Below, in pieces: positions 25,133 to 39,744 of a stretch of DNA of 64,000 bases. The translations under genes were made by a program, and so were the position numbers. Every line of letters starts with the position of its first letter. Position 1 is the stretch's first letter. The notes beneath the pieces are model-generated. The model worked only from the letters and a program-made list of their open reading frames with translations. It made no database searches and was not told the origin of the DNA. This DNA is from Octopus sinensis (taxonomy: Eukaryota): contig NC_043013.1 of assembly GCF_006345805.1 (NCBI RefSeq), positions 49,600,001 through 49,664,000 of the forward strand, given 5' to 3'.

Positions 25133-26157
25133 TTATAAAAATATATAGTTTTGATATAAGGTGAGAGAAAGAAGTTGCAATTGTCGAAATACTATACATC
25201 AATAGAAGCTTTATATGATGTTGTGCTACTCTTGAAACTGTTATTATTATTGTTGTTGTTGACATATGATACAATTGGCTGAACAAAGCAATCACTGATT
25301 CTGCCTGCTTTCCATGGTCATGTATTTATATTGATGTTGTTTAACCACAGGTTAGCTTTTAGTTGATCTATAATGAAAGATGTTCCTTTAGTGTATCCAG
25401 GACTACATTGTCTGAATATCCTTTGTTTATTTAATATGGTAAGTATTTACTTGAGGGAGGTTATTTTATTATATTTAGCCAGTCAAGTGGCCATAAAACA
25501 ATTTCCCTAATCAGCTCATATTTTTATTGTGAGATGTACTGTTCACATTCAAAGTTTCCTTTTCAAAAATATGATAAAGTGAGACCGAAAGAGTTTTGTT
25601 CACACAGGAAGCCATCAATCCAAGAGAAAAGAGCTAGACAGAGACCATAGGTGGACAATTTTGCCAGAAGATTCACTTACAAATGCTTAAGTGCTTTGCT
25701 AATACTGACCATGATAACACTGCTTTCATAAAATATTTCAAAGACAAGGGCCCACTTCCATAATTCTGGCCTTACTGGTAGTCACTAAGAAGAAGGATTC
25801 AAGATGATGGAGAAGATTGTTGTTAATGTTTTTACAACCTTTGGGATATTAGGAGTGAAATAGGATGTTAGTTGGCAGAATCGGAGGAGTTATTCATCCT
25901 AAGAAATGAGACCCTCTATAGAGTGTTTTCAAAGGTAAGGATATATCTCTAAAGAAAGAGAGAAATTGAAGAATTTATTGAGAATAGGAATAGTTATGGG
26001 GTATGTTATTTGAGGACAATCAGAGGAACATTGCCAAGATTAGTGACCTTGTTAATTTAAAGGGATCTAAGGTGCTATCACACCTGGCATGTATGTGTAG
26101 GGTGATAATGCTGTTGGAAAGGAAAGGAATAGTTTTTGGAGGAGGTTTATTTAGCAT

Positions 26158-26567
26158 ACTCTTTACTCTTTTACTTGTTACAGTCATTTGACTGCGGCCA
26201 TGCTGGAGCACCGCCTTTAATCAAGCAACTCGACCCCGGGACTTATTCTTTGGAAGCCCAGTACTTATTCTATCGCTCAGTTTTGCTGAACCGCTAAGTG
26301 ACGGGGACATAAACACACCAGCATCAGTTGTCAAGCGATGCTAGGGGGACAAACACAGACACACAAACACACACACATACATATATATATATACATATAT
26401 ACGACGGGCTTCTTTCAGTTTCTGTCTACCAAATCCACTCACAAGGCTTTGGTCGGCCTGAGGCTATAGTAGAAGACACTTGCCCAAGGTGCCACGCAGT
26501 GGGACTGAACCTGGAACCATGTGGTTGGTAAGCAAGCTACTTACCACACAGTCACTCCTGCGCCTAT
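26158..26567 (-). mobile_element. SINE-A, full length
   Basis: All modules present. Confidence 0.92.
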
Positions 26568-27039
26568 GGTGCATATTTACAATAGTTTATTAAGTCATCA
26601 TATTTGTGTAGTAAAGGAAAAGAGGATATCACTGGCTGAGTTCAAACCAGCACATGTACTCTCAGGCATCGTTAGCATAGAACTGGCAAAGTTCAAAACA
26701 GTAAGTTAACTGGAAGTGTTATGGGGCATAGAAAGCTGTTAGGGTTCTACACTGTGTGGAGGTATCTATATTGCAGATGATGATCTTACAAGAGTGGGGA
26801 AGGGGGTATTTTTCCAAGAATTGTAGGTTATGTTCTTTGGCTGATCTACAATACAGGTATGAGTTAACCACTTAGAGGACTAGCAGCTTTGAGGTTCGTT
26901 TATGATTAGAAAGTAGGATATGCTTAAGAGGATAACTTCAGTGACCTACCAAACTAATTCTGATGGATTGGGAGTGAATCACATTCTTAGACCCATAGCA
27001 ACTCAAGCCAATTAAAAGATCAGAACTATGATCATTTAA

Positions 27040-27395
27040 TCATCATCATCGTTTAACATCTGCTTTCCATGCTAGCATGGGTTGGACGGTTCAACTGGGG
27101 TTTGGGAAGCCAGAAAGTTGCACCAGGCCCAGTCTGATCTGGCAGTGTTTCTACAGCTGGATGCCCTTCCTAATGCAAACCACTCCGTGAGTGTAGTGGG
27201 TGCTTTTTATGTGCCACTGGCACAGGTGCCAGACGAGGCTGGCAACGGCCACGATTGGATGATGCTTTTTACATGCCACTGGGACGGAGGCCAGTCAGGA
27301 CGGCGCTGGCAACGACCACGTTTGGATGGTTCTCTTACATGCCACTGGCACTGGTATCACATCTAATATTTCCATCGATGTTGATCAATTTCGAT
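27040..27395 (-). mobile_element. RTE LINE 3' UTR fragment
   Basis: Same family as the 9768 and 16246 copies. Confidence 0.8.
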
Positions 27396-28024
27396 TTAAT
27401 TGGCTTAAATTGCTATGGGGCCTTGGAAGAGTGAGGAGCAGAGTTACATAGCATGGTTAGCCACGATCAGGCAATATTCAAGCAATCCAATAGGATAATT
27501 TACTCGTGGGTTTAGGGGTGAGAAAGAGACCAAGGGTGTGATAATAAAAGATGTATGTGATGGGAGAAAATAGGTGACTTATAGAAGTTCAGGGTAGAGA
27601 AAATTTTCATTTCTTTATCAATAGCATCAGTATGGTGCATGTAAGAGAGCTAAGAAGGGTTGTAAACATTACAGTTACCAAAGATAATGACTTGAGAAAG
27701 AAGTGAAGTGAGGTGGACATCATCAATGTAGAAACAGGGTCAAACAATTATTAGTGGTTGGGGAGTCTGAGGAATATTAGAGGTAGCAGGTATACAGAGA
27801 AGTTGGCAAAGGAGATTTGATCCACAATAACAGGAAGCCTTTGTTATTGACATCCAGGCAGGAAAGAGGAGATACCACTGGACTATTGATAAAGAGTGAG
27901 AGATTGTTGTCTTAGAAAGAAATAAAGCATGTGATTTGCATGTCAGTAAGAAATGATGTATGAAGTCTCGTTTGAATCAGAGTTCACAGATACTGAAGAA
28001 AGTAAGGGGGAATTGTTCAGTGAT

Positions 28025-28410
28025 CATCACCATCATCATCATCATCTTCATCATTTAATGTCCACTTTCCATGCTGGCATGGGTTAGACAGTTTCATTGA
28101 AAACTGGTAAGCTGGGAGTTGCACCAGGCTCCATTCTGATTTGGCATGGTTTCTACAGTTGGATGTCCTTCCTTATGTCAACCACTCCAAGAGTGTAGCA
28201 GATGCATTTTACATGCCAGCAGCATGGGTGCCGTTGACATGACACCAGCATCACTTGGTTTGACAGGTCTTCTCAAGCACGATATATCGCCAAAGGTCTT
28301 GGTCACCTGTTGCTGCCTCTGTGAAGCCCAATGCTAAAATGGTGCTTTTTATGTGCCATCAGCCTGGATGCTAGTTAGACAGCACTGGCATCAGCCACGA
28401 CTATGATTTC
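28025..28410 (-). mobile_element. RTE LINE 3' UTR fragment, more diverged
   Basis: (cat)n-ttaatgtccactttccatgctggcatggg. Confidence 0.7.
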
Positions 28411-29008
28411 AAGTGGATGTCATATTAGTTTTTGACATCAAGGAAAGTTCAAGGGGCATCTGCCAGGCTGTTAGATTTTGATAGCCCCTATCCAGAAGCC
28501 TGATCTAATAAAGACTCCTAGCTTGCAATTTTCAGTAAAAGTAACCATGAACCAGGAGTGTGTATTAAACTGAAAGGCATGATGTGACTTCCACCAAAAA
28601 GAAAAGAGAAGACCCATCTATGTTTAGGGTAAGGGAACCTTTTATTAATACAAAGGTTAAAAATTGCATGAGAACCTGTAGGAGTGCATTTTGCTAAGAC
28701 AAAGAAGGAATCTTTGATTTTACAAATTCATAAGTTACTTATACTAAATTACTATTTCGGTCAGCTTAAACTTTTTTTTATTATACTGGATTTTAGAGAC
28801 CCCAGATACTGTGAAGCCAAGCAAGTTACAAATTTGAGTGGTAAAGTATAGAACATAAAACTGTCCTTTATAAATGTACCAGCTGCTGAAAGAATATTTG
28901 AAGTAATATTTTGAGGTTTATAATTATAAAAATTTTATATGTTTAGTACGTAATACCTCTTTTGCACGTGAACTAATCATATGTGCAAAATGTTATTGAA
29001 ACATAAAG

Positions 29009-29180
29009 AGGTGCAGGAGTGGCTGTGTGGTAAGTAGCTTGCTTACCAACCACATGGTTCCAGGTTCAGTCCCACTGCGTGGCACCTTGGGCAAGTGTCT
29101 TCTACTATAGCCTCGGGCTGACCAAAGCCTTGTGAGTGGATTTGGTAGACGGAAACTGAAAGAAGCCCGTCGTATATATG

Positions 29181-29232
<52 letters not shown>

Positions 29233-29432
29233 TGTGTGTCCCCCTAGCATTGCTTGACAACCGATGCTGGTGTGTTTATGTCCCCGTTACTTATTGGTTC
29301 GGCAAAAGAGACCGATAGAATAAGTACTGGGCTTACAAAAGAATAAGTCCTGGGGTCGAGTTGATCGACTAAAGGCGGTGCTCCAGCATGGCCGCAGTCA
29401 AATGACTGAAACAAGTAAAAGAGTAAAAGAGT
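29009..29432 (+). mobile_element. SINE-A, full length
   Basis: All modules present. Confidence 0.92.
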
Positions 29433-29756
29433 GGTATCATCTGCATAAGCGCATATAACTGTGAGTGCTTAGAAATAAAAATAAAAAATGTACTTGTAGT
29501 AACCATCTCATGTTAAAGCGAAATATCAAGTAGACAACATATGATAGGACACATGTTTCCTAGTTGGCATTCTATCACCCATGTGACCGCATATATCATG
29601 TCATTACAAACTGAGAAACATCCCGATTTAGTTGCACCCTATCTTACAGGACAGGAAAAAATTTGTGGAAAAATTCTACTTTGATACCAGCCATTTAAGG
29701 ATAGGAATCATTTTGCCAACCAGCCAGCAACTGGCTTTTCTTCATTCTCTCTGGCA

Positions 29757-30139
29757 TCTCTCTCTATATAAACGGCAGTTTGTCTGTGCGTGTTTCTGTG
29801 TGTCTGTCAGGTTGTACCCTCACCCTGACCACGGCTTTCAACCGATTCTGATGAAACTTGACACACACATAGCCCAATGTCATAATTCAAAACTAACGCA
29901 ACGAAAATTTTGAAAAGTTCCCCCAGTTCTGAAAAAAATTGATAAATTCGACATGGGGTAGAGAATCAGAAACACAAACCGCAAACTGTCTAGGGGACGC
30001 AACTCCACCTTTTTTAACTAAAAAAAAAATTTACCATCATTTTTTTCCATTTTTTTGCTATTTTTTGGCTATAACTCTCTAAAAATGCTTTATAGTTATT
30101 TCCCTTACAAACCTGAGCAACGCCGGGCGATACTGCTAG
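29757..30139 (+). mobile_element. Non-autonomous Helitron
   Basis: A|TCTCTCTCTATATAAAC...CCTGAGCAACGCCGGGCGATACTGCTAG|T; near-identical copy at 62720-63087. Confidence 0.85.
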
Positions 30140-30714
30140 TTCATAATAAACTTCAATTTTCAGCATTGTCTTTGAATCGAAAATATGAATTTAGCTGAAT
30201 TATCACCAAACATATTATACTTACTTTTAGAACAATTGCCTCCATGCTAACTATGTCACCTAGTTTATCACAAGCTATCAACTTCTAGTGAACTTAGTTC
30301 CTCCGTGCTCTTAGTGCTTGATGCCTGCACACTGAGCAAGGCTGTTTCTCTGATGAATTCAGGGCCCTGTCTTCTTTCCGACTTACTAACATTTTAGTAT
30401 TTGCCAAGTTTACCACAAGGCCTCTCACTTCATGGTTTTGATTCCACATCACGTAATTTCCTCCCTAATTCTGCTATAGATTCAGCTTTAAGAGTTTCCA
30501 TGGGTAGCCAGTTTTAAAACAATTCTATGACGACAGACAGAACAATGATGAAAATGAGGAGGTTAAGGACTGAGCCATGGCAGACACTCATCTTCCAACT
30601 GAATTAATCACTGACTCCCACTTTACAGACTGCACTTTCATCTAACCCTCACCAGCCGTTCATATACACATAGTTTCCTTAGAAACTAGTCAATATCTTC
30701 TTTTTAAATTTCTT

Positions 30715-30900
30715 ATGGCTGTGTGGTAAGAAGTTTGCTTTCCAACCACATGATTACAAGTGCAGTCCCATAGCATGGCACCTTGGGCAAGTGTCTTCTA
30801 CTACAGCCTCAGGCCAACTGAAGCCTCATGAGTGGGTTTGGGAGAGAAACTGAAAGAAGTCTATCATAAATGTAAATATATATATATATATAGGGAGAGT
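30715..30900 (+). mobile_element. SINE-A 5' module, diverged
   Basis: tggctgtgtggtaagaagtttgc...gaaactgaaagaag. Confidence 0.75.
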
Positions 30901-30959
30901 TTACGAAAAAAACAAAAGACGAAGACAGGTGGTGTACAAAACAATATATATATATATAT

Positions 30960-31369
30960 ACTCTTTTACTTGTTTCAGTCATTTGACTGCAGCCATGCTG
31001 GAGCACTGCCTTTAGTTGAGCAAATCAACCCCAGGACTTATTCTTTGTAAGCCTGGTACTTATTCTATTGGTCTCTCTTGCCGAATCATTAAGTTACGGG
31101 CATGTAAATATACCAGCATTGGTTGTCAAGCGATGTTGGGGGGACAAACACAGACACACAAACATATAAACACACACATACATACATACATACATATTTT
31201 TATATATATATATATACATATATACGACAGGCTTCTTTCAGTTTCCATCTACCAAATCCACTCACAAGGCTTTGGTTGGCCTGAGGCTAAAGTAGAAGAC
31301 ACTTGCCCAAGGTGCCACGCAGTGGGACTGAACCCGGAACCATGTAGTTCATAAGCCACTCCTACGCCT
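30960..31369 (-). mobile_element. SINE-A
   Basis: All modules, with a small deletion in the head. Confidence 0.9.
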
Positions 31370-31436
31370 ATAAATAAATGTATATATATATTTATATATG
31401 CCTATACATACACACACACACACACATATATATATA

Positions 31437-32760
31437 TCCATGCTGGCATGGGTTAGATGGTTTGACCGAGGACTGGCAAGCCAGTAGGCTGCACCAGGCT
31501 CCAATCTGATCTGGCAAGGTTTCTACAGCTGGATGCCCTTCCTAATGTCAACCACTCCGAGAGTGTAGCAGGTGCTTTTTATGTGCCACCTGTACGGGAG
31601 CACCAATATGGGAGCATCAGTATGGAGCCACTGGCATCAACCATGTTTGGATGGTGCTTTTTATGTGCACAGGAGCCAGTCAGAGAGAACTGGCATCGAC
31701 CACGTTTGCATGGTGCTTTTTACATGCCACCAGCACAGGTGCCAATCAAGCGGCACTGGGCATGACTACAATTTGGATTTCACTTGACTCTAACAGATCT
31801 TTCCAAGCAGATCATATCACCTGATACTTAAAGAGTACTTTTAAATGGGTCAGTTATGCAACACTAGCATCGGCCACAGCTGTGATCTCACTTTACTTGC
31901 CAGGTTTTCTCAATCACGGCATATCTCCAAAGTTCCTGGCCTCTTGTTATTGCCTCTGAGGACCAGCATTCGAAGGTCATGCTTTTCCACAGGTTCCTTC
32001 CATTGTTAAGGTGTGACACATCTTCACACAGCTGTTCTTATCCACACATAACACATGACCATACCAATACAGCCATCTCTCTTGTGCACCACATCTGATG
32101 CTTCTTATGCCCAACTTTTCTCCCAGGGTGCTTACGCTCTGTTGTGTATGCACACTGACATTACACATCTAGTGGATCCTACTAGCTTCATTTCTTTCAA
32201 GCCTACGCATGCCCTCAGCAGTCATGGGCCATGTTTCACTGAAATGTAGCATGGCAGTTCACACACATGCATCATGCAATCTACCTTTCACTCTGAACAA
32301 GAGGCCCTTTGTCACCAGCAGAGATAGGCGCTTTCTTAACTCTGCCCAAGCTATCCTTATTCTAGCAGCTACACTTTCAGAGCATCCACTCACACTACAG
32401 ATTTGGTCACCTAGGTAGCAGAAGCTATCAACTACTTCTAGTTTTTCCTTCTGGCATGTGATGGAATCTGTTTTCTGTGCACCTTTGGTATTTATTGCCC
32501 CTGTGCATCTTCCACACACAAAACTATCTTCCTGGTTAACCTTCCTTTGATATTGCTGCACCTCTTATGTGTCCATAGCTTACACTGGGTACATCTTACG
32601 GAGTTTCTGCCAACAAGTTTTCTACAGATTGAGCAGGGTCATCTACCTGAAGGGGTTTGTAATGTGTTTGCCTTCCTACCTACTAGGACTTTGATTTTGC
32701 TAGATTGACTCTAAGGCTCTTCAATTCTAGACCTTGCTTCCACACCTGAAATTTCATCTC
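31437..32760 (-). mobile_element. RTE-clade LINE fragment (ORF2 C-terminus plus 3' UTR)
   Basis: FVCGRCTG...KLEVVDSFCYLGDQI...SESVAARIRIAWAE; RLYWYGHVLC; contiguous with the family 3' UTR. Confidence 0.8.
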
Positions 32761-32829
32761 TAGTTCTGGTAGTAACTCAGCTATTAGAGTAAGGTCATCA
32801 GTATAGGGAAGCTTCCAGGGGCAGCCTGT

Positions 32830-32874
32830 CATATATATATATAATTATTTTATTGTATCGCATTTATCTTTGTT

Positions 32875-32932
<58 letters not shown>

Positions 32933-32965
32933 ATAGTATATATATATATGTATATAATATATATA

Positions 32966-32998
<33 letters not shown>

Positions 32999-33229
32999 TT
33001 ATATATATATATATATATAATGTATATATATATATATCTATATATGTATATATATGTATATAATATATTATATATACATATATATATATAATATACATAT
33101 ATATATATATATATATATACTATATATATATATAACATATATATATATATATGTATTATATATTATATTATATATATATATATATGTATATATATAATAT
33201 ATATATATTATATATATATTATATATATG

Positions 33230-33298
<69 letters not shown>

Positions 33299-33310
33299 GT
33301 ATATATATAA

Positions 33311-33352
<42 letters not shown>

Positions 33353-33357
33353 CATAT

Positions 33358-33455
<98 letters not shown>

Positions 33456-33603
33456 TATGTATTATATATATATATATATGTATATATATTATATATATGT
33501 ATATATATATATATGTATAATATATATATATATATAATATATATATATATGTGTGTGTGTATATATATATATATAATATATATTATATATATATATATTA
33601 TGT

Positions 33604-33653
<50 letters not shown>

Positions 33654-33659
33654 ATGTAG

Positions 33660-33715
<56 letters not shown>

Positions 33716-33887
33716 ATATATATATATGATATATATATATATATATTACATATATATATATATATATATTATACTATATATATATATATTATATATTATA
33801 TATATATATGTATATATAATATATATATGTATATATTATATATATATGTATATAGATATATATATATTATATTATATATATATATAT

Positions 33888-33941
<54 letters not shown>

Positions 33942-33959
33942 AATATATATATATATATA

Positions 33960-34020
<61 letters not shown>

Positions 34021-34054
34021 TATATATATATGTATATATATATATATATATGTA

Positions 34055-34099
<45 letters not shown>

Positions 34100-34127
34100 A
34101 TATATGATATATATATGTATATATATG

Positions 34128-34158
<31 letters not shown>

Positions 34159-34610
34159 GTATATATATATTATATAATATATATATATATATATGTATAT
34201 ATATGTATATATTATATATATATATATATATGTATATATATGTATGTATATAATATATATATATAATATATATATGTATATATATGTATGTATATATATA
34301 TATATACTATATATATATAGATATATATATATATATAGTTATATATATATATATGTATATATAATATATATGTATATATATATAATATATGTATTATATA
34401 TATATATGTAATATATATATGTATATATATATATGTATAATATATATATTGTATATATATATATAGATATATATATGTATATATATATATATATATGATA
34501 TATATATATATACATATATATATATATGTATATATATATATAATATATGTATATATATATATATATGTATATATATATAATATATATGTATATATAATAT
34601 ATATATGTAT

Positions 34611-34663
<53 letters not shown>

Positions 34664-34716
34664 TATATATATATATATGTTATATATATATATACTATAT
34701 ATATATATATATATAC

Positions 34717-34766
<50 letters not shown>

Positions 34767-34773
34767 ATATATA
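32830..34773. repeat. Very long imperfect (TA)n array (about 1.9 kb)
   Basis: Direct reading; brief interruption at about 32846-32875. Confidence 0.97.
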
Positions 34774-36381
34774 GGTTCCTGCTTGTGTCCTGAAGGTGGT
34801 GTCGACACCAACTTGCCATCTCCCCTTGCTAATCTGTGGAGAAACTCACTGGATGCTGGCTATATTCAAAAAACATTCTGTCCCAGTCTGTTGTCCCAGT
34901 TTTCAAAAGGGAACAAGTCCCTTGCAGTGAATTACCGTCCGATCTCACTCACCTCTCATCTCATCAAGGTATTTGAGAGGGTGGTGGGTGAGATCTCGAA
35001 TAACCAATTTGGAAAGCAACAGACGGCTGATCTCCAACCAACATGGGTTCCGTAATGGAAGGGACTGCTAACGCAGCTCCTGCATCACTTTGAGGACATT
35101 TTGAGAGCTTTGGGAGAGGGCTCCAACACCGATGTCATATACCTTGATTTCAGTAAGGCCTTCGACAGGGTCGATCACAAGATCCTATTGAAAAAACTAT
35201 CCAACATTGGTGTCTCTGGAAAGTTACTGAAATGGATTAAGTGTTTTCTGACAGACAGATCTCAAAATGTTGTAGTTGAAGGGGGGGTAAAATCAAGCCC
35301 AGCCAAAGTCAGTGTGGCGTTCCGCAAGGCACTGTGCTGGGCCCCACTTCTTTCATCATTTACATTAATGACATTAATGACATCATCAAGCACAGCAACA
35401 TAAAAATCTTTGCAGATGACTCCAGTCAGAAGAAGTCATAAATGAGGCGAGTGTACCGGACATGCCTTCAGTCGATCTACTGGCTGTTATCCAATGGGGC
35501 AGAAAAAAACAATATGCTGCTGAATGAGGATAAATTTGAGCTAATCCACATTTGGAAAAGAGGATGCCCTGAAACTCCCATACTCCCTTCCTTCAGGTGA
35601 AACTCTCGCGGCGTCCAACAACATCAGAGACTTGGGAGTAATTGTGGACAACAACGTAAGCTGGGCCAATCATAAACACAAAGTTGACACATGCGCCCGC
35701 AGAATGTGTTCCTGGATTCTCAGAACTTTCCAGTCGAGAGATATCCACACCATTATCCTTCTCTTCTCCACTTTTGCCCGACCCCACCTTGAATACTGTT
35801 GTCCAAGGGTTCCCCACACAATACAAGGTATCATAAAAGTTGAAGCACCTCAAAGGGCAATCACAAAAAAGATAGATGGCATGACAGGCTCGACTATTGG
35901 GGTCGACTAGAAAAGCTAAAACTCTATTCTCTCCAACGTCGTCGTGAGCGCTACATCATCTGCATGATGTGGAAAATATTCCATCAGCATGCCCAAATGA
36001 TGTTGGCATCACCTTTAAGGTACATCCAAGGCTTGGGCCCGTGCCATCCGCCCAAAACAAAATCGCACTCTCATCTCATAACAACAATACGGCACCAATT
36101 ATTTCACCTCAATTGGCCCCGCTCTCTTAACATTACACCAAAAACACATTAAACAGAAACTGACCCTATAGGGTTCAAGAAGTTTTGGACAGATTCCTTC
36201 AAGAAATCCCGGATATAAACCCCCTACACCGGATATGTCTTTTAAAAACAATAACTCTCTACTTGAGTGGGCATAGTGCCCAAATTCTGACTTGAAGACT
36301 TCACCAGGTGGTGCTATTAAGTTAGACATGGCCTGGGCCAATAATGGCCGAAACTTATCAAAGTATCAAAGTATCAAAGTA
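34774..36381 (+). mobile_element. 5'-truncated CR1-group LINE (RT domain, frameshifted) with (ATCAAAGT)n tail
   Basis: [74 protein letters not shown]. Confidence 0.92.
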
Positions 36382-36382
36382 C

Positions 36383-36419
<37 letters not shown>

Positions 36420-36422
36420 TAA

Positions 36423-36504
<82 letters not shown>

Positions 36505-36559
36505 TATATATTATTATATATATATATATATATATTACATATATATATATATATATATA

Positions 36560-36596
<37 letters not shown>

Positions 36597-36772
36597 ATCC
36601 ATATATATATATATATATATACATATATATAATATATATAATGGTTGTATACTGTCAATCTAACAAGAACGTGACAGTAGGGGGTACACCACCGTTATAT
36701 AGCCCTAGGAGGCATCGAACGCCTCCTGACAGCTTCGACACATTTTATCCTGTGTCCTTATATATATATTAC

Positions 36773-36843
<71 letters not shown>

Positions 36844-36916
36844 CATATATATTATATATATATATATAATATATATATGTATATATATATATTATATATG
36901 TATAATATATATTATA

Positions 36917-36957
<41 letters not shown>

Positions 36958-37020
36958 GTATATATATGTATATATATATGTATATATATATATATATGTA
37001 TTATATATATATATATGTAT

Positions 37021-37102
<82 letters not shown>
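36382..37102. repeat. (TA)n arrays around a 120-bp non-repetitive island (about 36641-36760)
   Basis: Direct reading. Confidence 0.93.
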
Positions 37103-37107
<5 letters not shown>

Positions 37108-37257
37108 ATCCAAACATGAAAGCACAAAAAATCACAACGTGAGGACATGGAACAAATATAGTATTATTGGACGCTCAGGAAAGAAGGAAAGAAGGAGGGT
37201 ATAACGTTTCGAGCGGAGCTCTTCGTCAGAAACATAGGAGAAGGAAAGATCCAGAGA
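37103..37257 (-). mobile_element. Short (TA)n-anchored repeat carrying a hammerhead motif (Penelope-like terminus)
   Basis: Second copy at 50091-50281; both abut (TA)n at agttaatccaaac. Confidence 0.6.
37199..37233 (-). ncRNA. Minimal type-I hammerhead ribozyme motif
   Basis: GTTT CTGACGA A GAGC TCC GCTC GAAA C GT T ATAC: intact core boxes, 4-bp stem II, palindromic ACGT stem III, one mismatch in stem I. Confidence 0.65.
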
Positions 37258-37689
37258 TCCATACTGTAAATATGAAGAGAAGTAAACAGCAGCATATGAA
37301 GACTGTCCTTTGTTTTTTTATTATTTTACTCTAATAAAACAGAAATTAACTTAAAAATTACAATTTTTAATTATAGGAAAATTGAAGAATTGTTGAAATT
37401 AAAAGCTATCAAACTTGTTAAAGACATTACCATCGTTATCTTTAAGTAGAAAATTATTAAGAAATGTATTGCATTATAACCATAGAAATTTGAAATATTT
37501 CAATGGAAGACATTTAATGAATATCTGAATAGAGAGTGGATAAAAGTACCAGCAAGCAGCTCAAGTATTTCAATTAGTAATATTGAATGAGTAAATAATA
37601 CAATATAACGAAGTTAATTTCATTGTATTACATAAGTAGCGGAATGACAGGCTTATTTATACATTATAACATTTAGTTCCATGGACAGC

Positions 37690-37978
37690 GAGGCTCACCA
37701 ATGGAGAAGTTCTTAAGCAGATCAGGCCGAAAATGTCGCTAGAAGCTAGGATCACCAAGCATAGATTGGCATATTTTGGTCATATTATGCGTAGAAAATC
37801 CCTGGAGAAGGCCATCATGCTCAGAATGGTCAGTGGCAAGAGAGGAAGAGGCCGACCAAGAACCCGGAATGGAGATAGCCAATCTGAAAGAAGTGGCCCA
37901 AGATAGAACTGACTGGAGGACACTGATCCATAGAGTAACCGAGAGTCAACTTCGACTGAGCGGATAGATAGATAGAAC
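37690..37978 (+). mobile_element. RTE LINE 3' end with (GATA)n tail, single-unit version of the 13670 element
   Basis: LAYFGHIMRRKSLEKAIMLRMVSGKRGRGRPR. Confidence 0.85.
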
Positions 37979-38544
37979 ATTTAGTTTCGAATCTCTACGT
38001 TCTGAGTTTGAATGTCACTAACGAAGTTCTCAGGAATTTAAACGCAACTGACAGTGAAAGCATTTGAGAAAATGAAAGCCTTTACACCACCACCCACAAC
38101 TTCTATCTCAGCAAACATGAAAGCAGGTCTTTTCTCTTAGACTTACAGAGCTCATTTATTACTTTAAAAATAGTGCATGCTTGTTACAAATATCACATTC
38201 ATTTGCAGGTGAAAATAAAAATAAAATAGCTACGAATCTTCATGAATTAAAACCAGATTTTCTATTATTGACATAACAGAAATTGCAATTATTATGTGTT
38301 GGCAATGTTATGTTATAAGGAACATCACACACACACATAAATGGAGTTAAACACAGGTGTTATTCAAATCTTTATACTTCCAACATATGTTTCGAAGAAA
38401 ACATTGGCATTATTCCAGAAGGAATAAAATGATGTAAAACAATGCAATCTTCTCATCATGGGAAAAAGAGAAGCAAAACACATCAATAAGACATTTTAAC
38501 TGAATGTAATAACTGCATATATGATGAAGGGAACACTGGTAAGT

Positions 38545-38947
38545 GGATCTTTTCGGTTTGAACGGCAGTTTTTTCTAGCGGTGTTATATGAAATTGTCAC
38601 CCATAATTATAACCCAAGTATCGATCTATTGCATTTCAATCTGTTTTAGGGTTAGGGGTGGGGGGAAGGGTATATTTTTTCCTTCACAAATGTAAATAAA
38701 CCCAATCTGTTTCTTAAACGAGGGACATATTCATACGGCACAGAATGTTTTTTTAGTTCAATAGACGTCAGTGATTGGTTGAAATTGAAGAAAACAACAA
38801 CAAATATCTTACAAACTATAGAATATTCTCAATAAAGCCAAGAGAAAAAGATGTTTTATAAACACATTCTACCAGCATAAGAAGTTAAAATTTTTTTAGT
38901 TACCTAGAAATTATGTTAAAAACTGCCGGTCAAACCGAAAAGATTCC
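38545..38947 (+). mobile_element. MITE (about 400 bp), GG-ended TIR, 8-bp TSD
   Basis: TIR GGATCTTTTCGGTTTGAACGGCAGTTTTT; TSD tggtaagt at 38537-44 and 38948-55 (9 bp ctggtaagt is also possible). Confidence 0.88.
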
Positions 38948-39744
38948 TGGTAAGTTATAAAAAAAAAAAACACTAATAGATATAATGTCAAAGGCAATTT
39001 ATAGAAAGAGAAGGAGGAGGAAGAAAGAAATTAGCAGAAAACTAAAAGTGGAGAAATAGAGTGCGATAGGTGAATAGGAATAAAGGTTAAAGGTGTGATT
39101 ATAAAATGTATCTCGGTATGTGTATAGAAAAGCAGCGAATTAAGGGATTCAGCTTCATTATTATAGAAGATCAATAAAAATCAAATGCGAAAAAAAATTA
39201 AAGAAATGCAAAAAGAAACAAATATATAACACAGCGGAAAAAGTATTAACTGTAACAGCAGATATGAATGCCCTCGCTTATGTCCTATGGCGTACGTACA
39301 CTCGCTCGTACAAATTTACTCGATGATATAAGCATACGTACAAGTGTGGCTTGGCGCACGTACGCTCACACGGTGAATTAAATCAATATAAACGTGTGTG
39401 TGCGTGTGTATGTGTGTAAGAAAAATTTTCATGAAAAAAAAACGAGAACATTAGGGTTAAGAACTTTAGCGCATTGCAAAAATTTCATTACAAAGTTAAA
39501 TTTTTTTTTCTTTTTTTCGTGAAATATTTTTCATCTATAAATGCTTTGTAATTCTGCTATAATTAATTTCTCAAAAAATATAAGTACTGAGTTTTCCTTA
39601 CACGCATATCGAAATTAAAACCAAAAAACATAGCCTTCCATAACATAGTGACGAGGTTGTAGAGAACGGGTGGATATGATTAGGCTAAAATTACCAAACA
39701 TTTCAATCTTCGAACATTTGTAACTTTCTTATTATTAATTTCTC

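Noticed and set aside
25400-28000. Purine-rich decayed sequence between the SINEs, probably old CR1/L2 LINE remnants
   Set aside because: Too degraded to assign boundaries or a family by eye.
32845-35055. Many long ORFs rich in Y/I (also at 14273-14869, 36292-37148, 63195-63827)
   Set aside because: Translations of (TA)n, which lacks stop codons in most phases; not genes.
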